This document shows positions 12,167 through 23,755 of a stretch of DNA of 64,000 nt, piece by piece. Numbering within the stretch: the first letter of the stretch is position 1; each line of letters starts with the position of its first letter. The DNA is from Felis catus (Eukaryota). Under the pieces are notes generated by a model. That model made no database searches, was not told the origin of the DNA, and was given only the letters and a program-made list of their open reading frames with translations. The stretch spans positions 11,410,001 through 11,474,000 of the forward strand of contig NC_058383.1 of NCBI RefSeq assembly GCF_018350175.1. The letters run 5' to 3'. Position numbers and translations under genes: made by a program.

Positions 12167-12387
12167 GGGGGCGCCAGGGTGGCTCCGTCGGTTGGCGTCT
12201 GACTTCAGCTCAGGTCATGATCTCACAGTTCGTGAGTTCAAGCCCCGCGTCGGGCTCTGTTCTGACAGCTCAGAGCCTGGAGCCTGCTTCGGATTCTGGG
12301 TCTCCCTCTCTCCTGTCCCTCCCTCCCCACCTCTTTCTCTCTCTCTCTCTCCTCTCCAAGTAATAAATAAACATTAAAAAGAAAAAA
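12167..12387 (+). mobile_element. Can-SINE (SINEC_Fc)
   Basis: Full element; TSD agaatct(g/a)aaccca. Confidence 0.95.
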
Positions 12388-12717
12388 GAATCTAAACCCA
12401 CGAATTTTCAACAGGAAGATGGTGACCCAAAACAAAGGTTGCGGGTCCCTTTGTAGCTGGTCTGACTGTGTGACTGGGTTCTGGCCAGTTGGACGTAAGC
12501 AGAAGTATTGCTTGGAGGATTCTAGAACTTGCTTGACGAGCAGCTAGCGTCAGCTCTCAGCTCCTCGTCTTCATCCCTATTTCCATCTTGCCACTTGGCC
12601 AATGCCAAGCAATCTTGGACCTTGAGGACGGCTGTGCTCTCAGGATGGCTGAGTGTTGAACTAGAAGGACCCATGTCCTTGAAGAGTTTGTGGAACAGAG
12701 CCTATAAAAACAGCCCA

Positions 12718-12945
12718 GGGGCGCCTGGGTGGCGCAGTCGGTTAAGCGTCCGACTTCAGCCAGGTCACGATCTCGCGGTCCGTGCATTCGAGCCCCGCGT
12801 CAGGCTCTGGGCTGATGGCTCAGAGCCTGGAGCCTGTTTCGGATTCTGTGTTTCCCTCTCTCTCTGCCCCTCCCCCGTTCATGCTCTGTCTCTCTCTGTC
12901 CCCAAAATAAATAAAAACGTTGAAAAAAAAATTAAAAAAAAAAAA
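12718..12945 (+). mobile_element. Young Can-SINE (SINEC_Fc)
   Basis: ggggcgcctgggtggcgcagtcggttaagcgtccgacttcagccaggtcacg...; long A tail; TSD aaaaaca(g/a)ccca. Confidence 0.97.
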
Positions 12946-13234
12946 CAACCCAGAACTTTCTGCCATTGGACAGATTTTATATGAGTGATCAACTTCTGTG
13001 GTGTTAAGGCCACAAAAGTCATTTTTTTTTTTTTTTCCGGTGACTCATAGATAAACCTAATTCCGTCGAATACAGGGTCAGAAATAATTTGAGAGACCTT
13101 AACCTGGAAGGAAGACGCTAGCAATGTGCCATTGACCTTTCCCCTCAGTCCTGCATTATCACTGTTTTTCTCAATGATGGCCCTGAAGGAAGAATATTAA
13201 TTTTCATATGATAGGAGTTTGGGATTCTCGCTCC

Positions 13235-13790
13235 TGTGGTGGGTTGTCTCCGAAGATGGCCAGCACCCGTTCTTTCCCTCCCTATAAGTATGTGGTGTTT
13301 CTCACATCGGGAGCTGGAGCCTTGAATCCCAGCTGGCCTTAGTGACTCATTTGACCAGTGGAGTACGATAAAGATACGTTCTAGGATTTCTGCGGGTAGG
13401 TCGTCAGAGGCCTGGTGGCTCTGGCCTGGGTCTTTTGGAATGCTTATCTTTGGGGCATTGCCTCTCAGAACTTGGCTGCCAAGCTGGGATAAGCCCAAGC
13501 TAAAAAGAAAAGACCACATGTAGGTACCCCAGTCAACAGTCTCAGCTAAGCTCCTAAGTAAATAACCAGTGGCAACTGCCTCGTACATGAACGAGCCACC
13601 TTAGACATGGAACCAGGTGAGCTTTCAGATGAGCACGTTCCCAGCTGCCTCCACACGAGACACCTTGAGACAGACCCAGCTGCCTTGACCCCAGTCCACC
13701 TGCAGGATCATGACATACATGATAGATTGCTGTTTGAAACCACTAAGTTCTGGGATGATTTATTACACCACAGTATATGACCATAGCAGC
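13235..13790 (+). mobile_element. MLT1G/H-type MaLR solo LTR
   Basis: tgtggtgggttgtctccgaagatggcc...gtgactcatttgaccagtgg...ttgctgtttgaaaccactaagttctgggatgatttattacac. Confidence 0.8.
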
Positions 13791-13839
13791 CAATATAATC
13801 ACAAAGATTATAATTTAGATGAATAATAATGTCTGTCAA

Positions 13840-14059
13840 GGGGCGCCTGGGTGGCTCAGTCGGTTAGGCACGCAACTTCGGCTCAGGTCATGATCTCACG
13901 GCTCGTGGGTTCGAGCCCCGCGTCGGGCTCTGTGCTGCCAGCTCGGAGCCTGGAGCCCGCTTCGGATTCTGTGTCTCCCTCTCTCTCCACCCCTCCCTGC
14001 TCATGCTCTGTCTCTGTCTCTCTCAAAAATAAATAAACTTTAAAAAAATAAAAAAAAAA
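13840..14059 (+). mobile_element. Can-SINE (SINEC_Fc)
   Basis: Full element; degenerate TSD aat(g/c)tctgt(c/t)aag. Confidence 0.95.
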
Positions 14060-14106
14060 TCTCTGTTAAGTGGATGAAAATGGACAAGAGCCATTTAAGA
14101 AGTAGG

Positions 14107-14655
14107 ATACAAAAATGCTGATTCAAAGGGGCAGGTGCACCCCAATGTTTATAACAGCAGTATCAACAATAGCCCAAGTATGGACAGAGCCCAAATGTCC
14201 ATTGACCGCTGAATGGATGAAGAAGATGTGGTGTATATACATATACAATGGGATACTACTCGGCGATCAAAAAGAATGAAACTTTGCCATTTGCAACAAC
14301 GTGGATGGAACTGGAGGGTGCTAAGCGAAGTGAAATAAGTCAGGCAGAGAAAGACCAATATCATAGGATTTAACTCGTATGTGGAATTTAAGAAACCCAA
14401 CAGATGACAGGGGAAGGGAAAGAAAAATCAGATAAAAACAGAGAAGGAGGCAATCCATAAGAGACTCTTAAATCCAGAGAACAAACTGAGGGTTCCTGGA
14501 GGGGGGATGGGCTAAACGAATGACAGGCATCGAGGAGGGCGCTTGTTGGGACGAGCGCTGGGTGTAAGTGATGAATCACTGCGTTCTGCTCTGGAAACCG
14601 ATACCGCACTGTAGGTTAACTAACTTGAATTTAAAGAAATGAACTTAAAACAACA
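14107..14655 (+). mobile_element. Carnivore L1 3' end (5'-truncated)
   Basis: ORF2 C-terminal motifs (caccccaatgtttatancagca, ccatttgcaacaacgtggatggaactggag), carnivore 3'UTR ending gttaactaacttgaattta; TSD approx. aagaagta. Confidence 0.9.
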
Positions 14656-16126
14656 AAGAAGTAAGAGTTATGTCTTGAATACTGGGTCGCTTGCTGCAGC
14701 TGACCAACGACAAAGTCCAGGTTGATAACGAGTAGCTGCCCTCGTGTGTGACACCGGGGGGGGGATGTAGGTGCCAGTACAGCTGGCACACGAGTGCCTT
14801 TAATTCCCCAACTCTTAGGGTTCCTATAAGTCATCTCCACGTCTGGTGCCATGCTCCAGCCAGAGAGGAATCTCAACATTCTCTGGAGGGACTTGGCTTT
14901 GAAAAGTCTGTCCCCATCACTCTTTGCACTAGGGTCCTTCCTCTTGGCTTTACAATTAGGCTGCCTTGGTTAAACTCCCTTTTCAGGTCTCCTCTGTTTT
15001 GTGGAGCCCCTCTTTTGTGGTATAGCCCAACCCGGGCAGGGTATATACCCTGTTCATCCCAGCCGAACATTCCTGACTGGCTTACGTCTGATGGACCGCT
15101 TGTATCTGATAACCTCCGGATGCGCACTTCTGGGGGATAACGCACCTGCCCCCTATACAGGGACGTTTGCACAAGGTCGTTGCTGAGTACGGTCTAAATC
15201 AAATAGAGAAGGGACACTCTGTTAACCCAATGCACCTTCTGCAGGATATAGCAACCAGAAGAATTTGAAAGAAATCCAATACCGAGAGGAATTATTCCAG
15301 CGAGACGGCACCAGTATTCCCTGGCATCCATTACCCACAGCAGCCTTAGTTTGCTCCTTCCTTCTGCTTCTCCCTACCTCCACCCCCACCTCCAATATCC
15401 AGAGATTCTACTGCAGAATTGAGCTTAATGTCTCCTATTCATTCGCTAAGCATTGAAAGGGATAATTGGGAGGTAATTGCATTACTGTGCAGTTTGTAGT
15501 TAACCTTCTATTTTGGCTCTTAACACGCATATCTTTGCTCCAGGAGTACATTAAGGATAATTATAGGCAATTCTCTGCCAGATCCAGGAAAGGGGTTTGC
15601 AGTGAGCACGGGAGCCCACTAGGAAGGAAGAGTTAATATAGCTGAGCTTGAAGCATATCCAAGACGCTAAATGAATTAAGGTCAACTCGACATGAACTTT
15701 GGCCAAGCAGAGCTGGGGAAAATTAGAGTCAGATAAAAGTTCTTTCTTGACAATTGCTGCGTCCTCACAGAGCCCAGAGAAATTGTCAAGTGCTCGTTTA
15801 TTCGGCCCCAAACCTGAGTTCCTTCTCTCTGCTGGCCTTCGAGGGGAGGGGGCAGTGTTGAGAAGGACCTCCGGTCTGGCACGGGCTGACATTTGTCAAG
15901 ACCCCTCCCTACACGAGAGTCTCCAAGATTGGTCTTTGGGTTTATAAATCTGTCATCCCCGTGGTATTTAGGAGAAATCAGTTCTCTTCTGTCACTGTGC
16001 AGAAGCCCCTCAAGAAATGAACATTTATGTGCAATACTATTTCCTTCCATCTCAAATGCAAAATAACAGAAAAAAATCTGGAGGATAGAAACTAAACCCA
16101 AGTAACAGAGCTGCAGATGTTAAGAG

Positions 16127-16199
16127 ATGAATCGCTGGGTTCTGCTCCTGAAGCCAAGGCTACACTGTGTGTTAACTAACTTGAATTAAAAAAAAAAAT
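16127..16199 (+). mobile_element. Very short carnivore L1 3' tip with A tail
   Basis: gatgaatcgctgggttctgctcctgaagcc...gttaactaacttgaatt+A run, similar to 14570-14632 in this window. Confidence 0.8.
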
Positions 16200-17825
16200 A
16201 GATATTTCTCTCTTGACCAACCAGATTCGTGTCTCTTGTTTTCCATTCCCCATCGTGGATCAAGCCGAGAGGGCTTTTCTCTTCATCTCTCATCCACCCC
16301 AGGAAGGAAAGGTTGATGAGCAAGGCAGACTGTTGAGTGTCGAGTTTCACTGACTGTAAGGCTTTCTTTGCAGAGACAGTCCTGGTAGTTGCTGAAGGAT
16401 TCCAGACAATATTGATGAGGATTAATGATCCTGTAAATAGGTGTTTAAAATAAATAAAAGGATGAAAACAGGGATTAGGGAGAAACTACAGTGGGTTAAT
16501 AGGTGAGGTGTTCAAACGCAAGTTCCTACAAGATGATTTTAGCAATTAGCGGGAAACATTTTGTCACAAACAAAATAAATCTGCAATCAGAAAATAATTT
16601 GCAATCAGCTTTGCAAGTAAAATAGCATACTTTCCCGTCAGTCGAAGGCGTTTTGAGAATTAAATGATCAAGTCAAGAGTGATGCTTTTAGAAGGGAAAT
16701 GGTTAGAACCGATTACCCTGGCAATTAGCCAACTGTGAAGCGTCAACTGGGGAGGCATTTTGCAGAAAGCGTTTTCTTTGAAGAAGCTGTCCAACCGCAC
16801 GGAGAGAAGCGATACCTCGGTTTGGGGCGGTTGATGGTGCCTTCCTGGAAATCAGCACATGGGCTCATAAAAATGCTCTGCCAGCCACAAAAGGCGGCTG
16901 TCCCCTCACAATGGACGGGACCCTCTGCCACACCACGCAAGTCGCTCTGTGCGGTCACAAGATCCTTGTGACCACGCAAGTCACGAGATCCTCAACTATC
17001 TCCAAGGATCAGGGTCTTTGTCTACGCTGAGATTTCTTTGGAGACCCCAATGAGGGGGGAAAGTACTTTCTGCAAGCTGATCAATCATTCAAGCCATTAG
17101 AGACCCACCGAGGAGAGACCGTGAATAGGCAAGTCATCCGTATTTTGCCTAATTTTTACTGCTGACCGCGAAGACTCAGTTCAGCCTTAATGAGTGTATT
17201 TCAAGCAGTGACTTTCTCTCCTCACTCTGGCAATAAAATGGAAAATGCAAATCTGGAAGGGCGTGCAAGTTCTCAGTGTCCTTTACAGAGACTGCTGATC
17301 TTTCCGCAAAGGGAAAAGACTGTCTAGATTTTGCAGAATTTGTGTACCGAAAGCAGGACGATTCCAAAGCGAGTTCTCTGCGTGCCCCTGTCTCAGCCAA
17401 CTGGTTGCTATTCATGCATTATCCAGCGTTTTCTCGTCTCATTCTTCTCTTAAGTATTTATAAAACTTGCCTCGGCTGCAAGGATCCAAGAAATAAAATA
17501 GAATTATCTTAATAAAGAAAAGGTTGGGATGTGTCATTCTGATTTAGAAAGCCCCATTTCATGGTGTGTGTTGGAACAAGACATAATTAATTTGGGACGT
17601 CCTTGATCTCTGACTGGAGTTGCATTAATGATATTGTGGTATTAAATATAATAGCATTTCACCTTCATTATCCTTGCGTTCATTCTGAGCCCTTGTCTTC
17701 ACGGCAAGAACCGTGTCCATGGCCGGAGATGATTAAAGTATAAAAGATCGAAACTGAAAGGGGTAATTTTGTGAAGCTCACTATTTACTCTGGATCTTAG
17801 CCACTGCTGAGCTCAGACATCTCTT

Positions 17826-17860
<35 letters not shown>
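17826..17860. repeat. (TC)n microsatellite
   Basis: Seen directly. Confidence 0.9.
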
Positions 17861-17862
<2 letters not shown>

Positions 17863-17963
17863 TTTCATTTCAAAAGAGTTTGGCTAATTCGTCTCCGTCG
17901 TTCATAAAATTCACTTCTTTCACGTTCCCGAGTTTATGGTCTACCCAAAGCCGAATAAAACAA

Positions 17964-18335
17964 TGCTATTGATGGAATGCTTGCGTCTCCCCCAAATTCA
18001 GAGGTTGAAATCCCCAACCCCAATGTGATGGTATTTGAGGGTGGAGACTTTGGCGGGGGGGGGGGTGGTGTTCGGTCATGAGGGTGGAGCCCTCACGAGT
18101 GGGATTGGTGCCCTTAGGAAAGGGACCTCAGAGATCACTCTCTCCCGCATTTTGCCAGGTGGGGGTACAGCAAGGAGTCGGCAGTCTGCAACCCGGGAGA
18201 GCGATCTCTCCAGAACCTGGCCATACTGGCATCCTGACCTTGGACTCCCAGCCTCCAGAGCTTTGGGAAATACATTTCTCTTGTTCCAAGCCACCCAGTC
18301 TATAGTGCTTGGCTATGGCAGCCCGAAGAAAGACA
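17964..18335 (+). mobile_element. MLT1A-type MaLR solo LTR (TG...CA)
   Basis: tgctattgatggaatgcttgcgtctcccccaaattc...cagcctccagagctttgggaaatacatttctc...aagccacccagtcta...aagaca. Confidence 0.9.
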
Positions 18336-19637
18336 CCGAGTTTGTTAGTATTTGCTGATGGCCTGCATTTCGTGGTCCCGTCTATTTGTATGGACACAGG
18401 GGAGGGTAGAACAGGCCGGTGTCCGCTGAAGAAGCCCACACCGCTGTGGATTAGACCCATGGCAGTGGTCGAGGACGGTGGCTGTCTCCCTGGCCAGCTG
18501 ATTGTCTGATTTTCTTTCGTGGCGGGGACACCAGTCCGGACCCCTGGCCAATGTCAACACTCACACTTGGTTCTTGGTCTGGGGCTGCTCACTGTCCCCT
18601 GGGACTGCTGTGCCTGCGATATCCCCGGAGGACCTTCTGCAGGTGTAGAAAGCCGTCCTTTGTGCCTTTTATCCCGCTTGTTTGTTGTTGTTGCTGCTGT
18701 CGCTGATTGCCGTGTTTTTTCTTCCTGAGTTTTGTGATTCTTGGTGGTAAGCTCATACTTATTGAAATTCATACCTGCGATAATTCTTTGAGGGCATGTT
18801 CGGAGAACGCACATTTGCTTCCGTTTGCTCGGGGACGTTTGCCAGCCGCTCGGAGGCACTACCACCGCAGGACCACTTTAAATTCTCCGATTGTGCTTTA
18901 AAACAAATCAAATGGTATAAATTCAGCTCCCAAAACCCCGCGAGTGGCACATCTGCGGTTGGGAATTCTCAGGAGAGGTTAGGAAGTAATCCCTACCTCC
19001 TTCCTTCTAAGGAAGGCTTGGCAGACGGGTCGTCTTCATCTTCCCCCTGCGTGGGGAAAGTTTTTTTTTTTTTTCTTCCTAGTTTTTGCCTCCTTGGAAG
19101 TGTGGCCCCCAGAGAACCTGGCGCTGTACAAGAACGGTCTGATATTATCCCGACCTTGTGTGGATCCCAGGCTGTCTGTCCTCCTTTCTCTGCACGGCCT
19201 GGAGGTGAAAGTGCAGAATCCCGGGGAGAGAATTGAAAGATAGCCCAAGGGAAGCTTCTAGATTCAGCATTCTACTACACTCCTGGATTTCTGCTCCCAT
19301 TTCTTCTCCTTTTTTGGGAGAGGGAAGGGCTTTGAGGGATTTCTTTGCCTCTAGACTACTGGCTTGTGTATTTAAGAAGACTTTTTTTCTTTTTCAGTCC
19401 AGCATTTTTTGGGTGTCTTGGAGGGGCTGGATTTCTCAGTCTTTCTCGTTCACGCCACCGCCAGAAGGCTGCCAAGAGTACTTTCGTCTCTCTCTTAGGA
19501 CACGGATTTCATTGCTGTTATAGCTGTTGGCTTTGCTTTTCCCTTTCATTGGGTTGCTGGCTTTTTGTGTGGCCCATGTGCCCATCGCCATGACTTACCG
19601 TCACCACGTTCGGGGATGGAGGACTTAGAAGATAAAT

Positions 19638-19833
19638 GGGGGGCACGTGGGTGGCTCAGTCGGTTGAGCGTCCAACTCTTGATTTCGGCTCAGGTCACGA
19701 TCTCACAGTCATGGGATCAAGCCCCTTGTCTGGCTCCACATTGAGTGTGGAGCCTGCTTGGGATTCTTTCTCCCTCTTCGTTTGTCCCTTCCCCGCTCAC
19801 CCTTCCCCACCTTGCCGCCCCCCTCAAAAAAAA
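19638..19833 (+). mobile_element. Can-SINE
   Basis: Full element; TSD aagataaatggg. Confidence 0.95.
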
Positions 19834-19879
19834 AGATAAATGGGAATCTGTGGGTTTCTTTGTACTGTGATGGGGAGAC

Positions 19880-20268
19880 GTCTTATATAGGAGAGGCTAT
19901 GCTATGCTGCAGTAGAAAATATGCCCTGAGATCTCAGTGGTGCAAGCAGAATGAACTTATTTCTGTTCTTGATATTGTCAGATGTGGGTCTCGCGGGTCT
20001 TCGGGGCATCTCTGCCTGCTTGGGGAATCTAGGTTTCTTCCATCTTGAAGCTATGCCAGTTGGAATGCGGGGTCTCCATGGTCACCGTGGCAGGCGGGCC
20101 ATGCCATGCAACGTTTTCAAGTTCCAAGATTGGACAGGGCTTGTGTCGCGGTGATAATCACTTTTGCTCGTATCCCATTGGCCAGAAATGGTCACATGGC
20201 TCCACAGACATTCTGGGGCTGAGCAGAACGTAGGTGAGTATTTGGGGAGCACTGGCAAGCTTTGCCAA
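19880..20268 (-). mobile_element. MLT1I/J-type MaLR LTR
   Basis: gctatgctgcagta...atctcagtgg...ttatttct...cccattggccagaaatggtcacatggc. Confidence 0.65.
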
Positions 20269-20550
20269 GATGGAAAAAGAGCTACAACATTGCTGTCCCC
20301 AAAGCTATTAGATTAAGTTTATAATTAAGAATCGCTTAATCGTGTGTATCGTTTTTGATCCGAATGTCGGCTACCACTTGACTGTGGATGTTACCAACCT
20401 TGCTGGAGTATAAGGAGGCCAACCAGAGGCTTCGCTTTTAGGTTCTCCTTTGGCTAGTGAACCCATCAGTTCAAACAGGATTGGAGATTCTAATTTATTT
20501 GGTTTTTCTTAATTTTTATTAGAAATTTTTTTAACTTAAATTTTAATTTT

Positions 20551-20774
20551 TTTTTTAAATTTTTTTTTCAACATTTTTTATTTATTTTTGGGACAGAGAG
20601 AGACAGAGCATGAACGGGGGAGGGGCAGAGAGAGAGGGAGACACAGAATCGGAAACAGGCTCCAGGCTCCGAGCCATCAGCCCAGAGCCTGACGTGGGGC
20701 TCGAACTCACGGTCCGCGAGATCGTGACCTGGCTGAAGTCGGACGCTTAACCGACTGCGCCACCCTGGCGCCCC
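20551..20774 (-). mobile_element. Young Can-SINE (SINEC_Fc)
   Basis: Full element; TSD ttaaattttaatttt. Confidence 0.97.
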
Positions 20775-20785
20775 TTAAATTTTAA

Positions 20786-20978
20786 TTTTTTAAACGTTTG
20801 TTTATTTTGAGAGAGAGACAGCGCAAGTCGGGGAGGGGCAGAGAGAGAGGGGAGAGAGGGTCCCAAGCAGGCTCCATACTGCCAGCACAGAGCCCAGGGT
20901 AGGGCTCAAACCCACGAAGCTGTGAGATCAAGACCGAAGCCGAAACCAGGAGCTGGGCGTTTAACCGACTGAGCCCCT
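20786..20978 (-). mobile_element. Can-SINE (older)
   Basis: T tail, (GA)n, cccaagcaggctcc...aaccgactgagcc. Confidence 0.9.
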
Positions 20979-20979
20979 C

Positions 20980-21625
20980 AATTTTTAAAAATTTGAGTAT
21001 AATTGACACACAATGTTACATTAGTTTCAGGGGTACAGAATGGTGATTCAACAACTCTATACCTTATACTGTGCTCACCCCAAGCATAGCTAACATCCGT
21101 CACCATCCGTCACTATTAGAATATGGTCAACTATACTCCCCGTACTCTCCTTGCATCCCTGTGACTTAGTCATTCCATAACTGGAGACTTGTACCTCCCA
21201 CTCCCCTTCACCCCCTTTGCCCGTCCCCCCTACGTCCTCTTCTCTGGAAACCATTAGGCTGTTCTTTGTATTTACAGGCTTGATTCTGCTTTTTGGTTGT
21301 GCATTCGTTTGTTTTTGTCTTTTGGGTTCCACATATAAGTGAATACGTATGGGATTTATCTTTCTCTGTCTGACTTATCTCACTCAGCATTACGCCCTGT
21401 AGGTCCATCCATGTCTCTGCCAATGGCACGGTCTCATTTTTCATGGCTGCGTAATATTCCACATCTTCTTTATCCATTCATCTAGTGAGGGACACTGGGG
21501 TTGCTTCCATATCTTGACTATTGTAAATAATGCTGCAATAAACATAGGAACGCATATGTCTTTTTGAGTTAGTGTTTTCACTTCCTTTGGGTAAAAATGC
21601 AGCAGCGGAATTATGGGATCCTATG
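20980..21625 (-). mobile_element. Carnivore L1 3' end
   Basis: gagtataattgacacacaatgttacattagtttcagg...tctgacttatctcactcagcat...tattgtaaataatgctgcaataaacatagg. Confidence 0.9.
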
Positions 21626-22032
21626 GGATTTCAGAGTCCACGGTTATAAACACATTGTTGCTCATAAAGAGGGTCCACCTTGCCTTGTGCCCTCCAGCCC
21701 TAGTGGGGTCTCTAGTAGTCTTTGGGTAAGACTGCAGATGACCTCCTTTTCCTGGACCCAAATGCAGGACTGTCCACCTACCACAGCCTGGACTTCCACT
21801 GAGGGGCTGAGGGTCTCAAAGCGGGCAAGTGCAACATGTTCAAGAAAGGGCAGCTTTGGCAATGAGAGGTTGCCCGCCTTCTCGGAAGTCAGCCCGTTCT
21901 GTCTGGGAGGAGCACCTTAAGAGACACCTTTGTAATCTTAAGACTGGACCTCTGCTTTTACGTTGGGATGACGAGGCTTCATGTCAGCTCTTAAAATGCT
22001 GTGATTCTCCATAAAGGCGTGCACTTTAAAAA

Positions 22033-22125
22033 GTTCATTCATTCGAAAGATGTACGCTGAGCCTCTTCTCTGTGTTGGGTCAGATGGGGAACCTGGGGAT
22101 TCAGTGATTCTGAGATACGGTTTCT
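22033..22125 (-). mobile_element. L2 3' end fragment
   Basis: ttcattcattc...ctgagcctcttctctgtgttggg. Confidence 0.5.
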
Positions 22126-22479
22126 GCTTCCCTGAGTCTCCTGCTCCTTCCTTCTTCGCCAGGGGAGAATATACATAAGGTTTGGGAATTTATGTATCCA
22201 TTCTTGAACATAAATATTCAGCGGGACTAAAGCGGAGATCATTCACTGGTGTGTTTGAAATTGTCCCCAGGTGATCCTGATGGCTGCTGCGGTGTGGGAA
22301 CCCCTGTATAAACTAGCAAGGGAAGCAGGCCAAGTGACAAGTAATATGCACAGAGGGAGGTAAAAAAAAAAAACTTAGTGTGAGAAATGACTGTTTCTAT
22401 CCCAGCATTTCTTGGAAAGCTTCTTGGAGTAGCAAGGAAGGGGAGCGAAAACCAATAATTATTTTAGCGTCCATCATGT

Positions 22480-22640
22480 GTCATCCTACCTAATAATTGC
22501 ACCTCAGTCTCACAGAAACCATGGCATGGTGCTCTTATCTTGGTGTTAGAGAGAAAGAAATGGAGTCTGATCCACCTGCCCCAGACAACATGGCTAGTAA
22601 ATGGGGAAGCTAGGGTTTGAACCCAAACAAGATAGAATTG
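22480..22640 (-). mobile_element. MIR fragment
   Basis: cctgccccagacaacatggctagtaaatggggaagctagggtttgaaccca. Confidence 0.65.
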
Positions 22641-22719
22641 TGGTCGTATCTTCAAGACCGATGGATTGGTGGCGCATCAGTTAGCGGATAACACAAAATT
22701 GTTGTTAACAGCCCAAAGT

Positions 22720-22890
22720 CTCACATGGCCTCATTCTGTTGGCCAATGCAAGTCACATGGTTGAGCCCAAAGTCCAAGGGTAGGGAATTACACTCTGCCA
22801 TTTTCGTCAGAGGAAATGTAAAAGAACATGGCATAGGGTGTAGATACAAATTAGGAGGGGTGAAGAATGGGGCCAATACTACAATCTAAC
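22720..22890 (-). mobile_element. MLT1H/I-type LTR fragment
   Basis: cattctgttggccaatgcaagtcacatggttgagcccaaagtccaagggtaggga. Confidence 0.65.
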
Positions 22891-22940
22891 CTGGGTAGAT
22901 TCCCACGAAGTTAGGGGAGAAGGGAAATGAGTCAACTAGA

Positions 22941-23309
22941 GTTTAAGGGGATGAATGGCGTGCTCCCCACACCCAATTCATATGGTAAAGCCCCAACCTC
23001 CAATGTGACTGTATTCGGAGATAGAACTTTAAGAAGATAATTAAAACTGAATGAGGTCATAAGAGTGGGACCCTAATCCTATAGGGCTTGAGTCCTTGTA
23101 AGAAGAGGAAGAGACACCAGAGAGCTCTCTCTGGACACAAAGGAGAGGTCACGGGAGAGCACAGTGAGAAGGTGGCCATCTGCAGGTGGAGGAGACAGAT
23201 GCCTCGACCCTGGCCTTCCAGCCTCCAGAACTGTGAGAAAATAAGCTTCTTGTGGTTGAAGCCTCCCAGGGTGTGATATTTTGTTACGCAGCCTGAGCTC
23301 ACTGATACA
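22941..23309 (+). mobile_element. MLT1B-type MaLR solo LTR
   Basis: ccaattcatatggtaaagcc...aatgtgactgtattcggagatag...cagcctccagaactgtgagaaaataa...ctgataca. Confidence 0.9.
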
Positions 23310-23544
23310 TGGAAGAAAGAAGAAAGAGAGAGAGAGGGAGAGAAGGAAATAGTTATTAACTGTGTACCCATTTGCTGGCTACCACACTATTATTTTATTT
23401 TGCCTTTATAATCATCTTGCCAAATAGGTTTATTGTCTCCTTTTTAGAGAGGAAATAACACAGCTACTGTTGACGGGCACAGCAGCATTTGAGCTCAAGT
23501 CTGCTGCTGTGCAGCCCACGCTTTTGCCTCTAAAATGACGCCTA

Positions 23545-23755
23545 GCAACTTCCCAGCGGGAGGGCCAGAAAGCGAATACCTGAATCTTGCCGAGCCACGG
23601 AAGCTCTAGAACAACTACTCAACCCTGCCCTTGTAGCACAGAAGCAGCCACAGACGCTATGTCAACACATAGGCGTGGCTATATTCCAAAGAAACATCAC
23701 TGACAGACACAGGAAGTGGGTGGGAGTTACAGGCTGTGGTTTTGATAACCTCTGC
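23545..23755. mobile_element. MER58A-like hAT-Charlie MITE
   Basis: gggccagaaagcgaatac...caactactcaaccctgcccttgtagcacagaagcagccacagac...ggcgtggctatattccaa. Confidence 0.75.

Noticed and set aside
12718..12800. tRNA-like sequence with A and B boxes
   Set aside because: It is the tRNA-derived head of a Can-SINE, followed by SINE body, (CT)n and A tail; not a tRNA gene
14745..15140. Possible unclassified LTR-like segment
   Set aside because: I could not match it to a recalled consensus or find termini and a TSD
21208..21477. ORF MDKEDVEYYAAMKNETVPLAETWMDLQGVMLSEISQTEKDK
   Set aside because: Decayed L1 ORF2 C-terminus and 3' UTR, not a host gene
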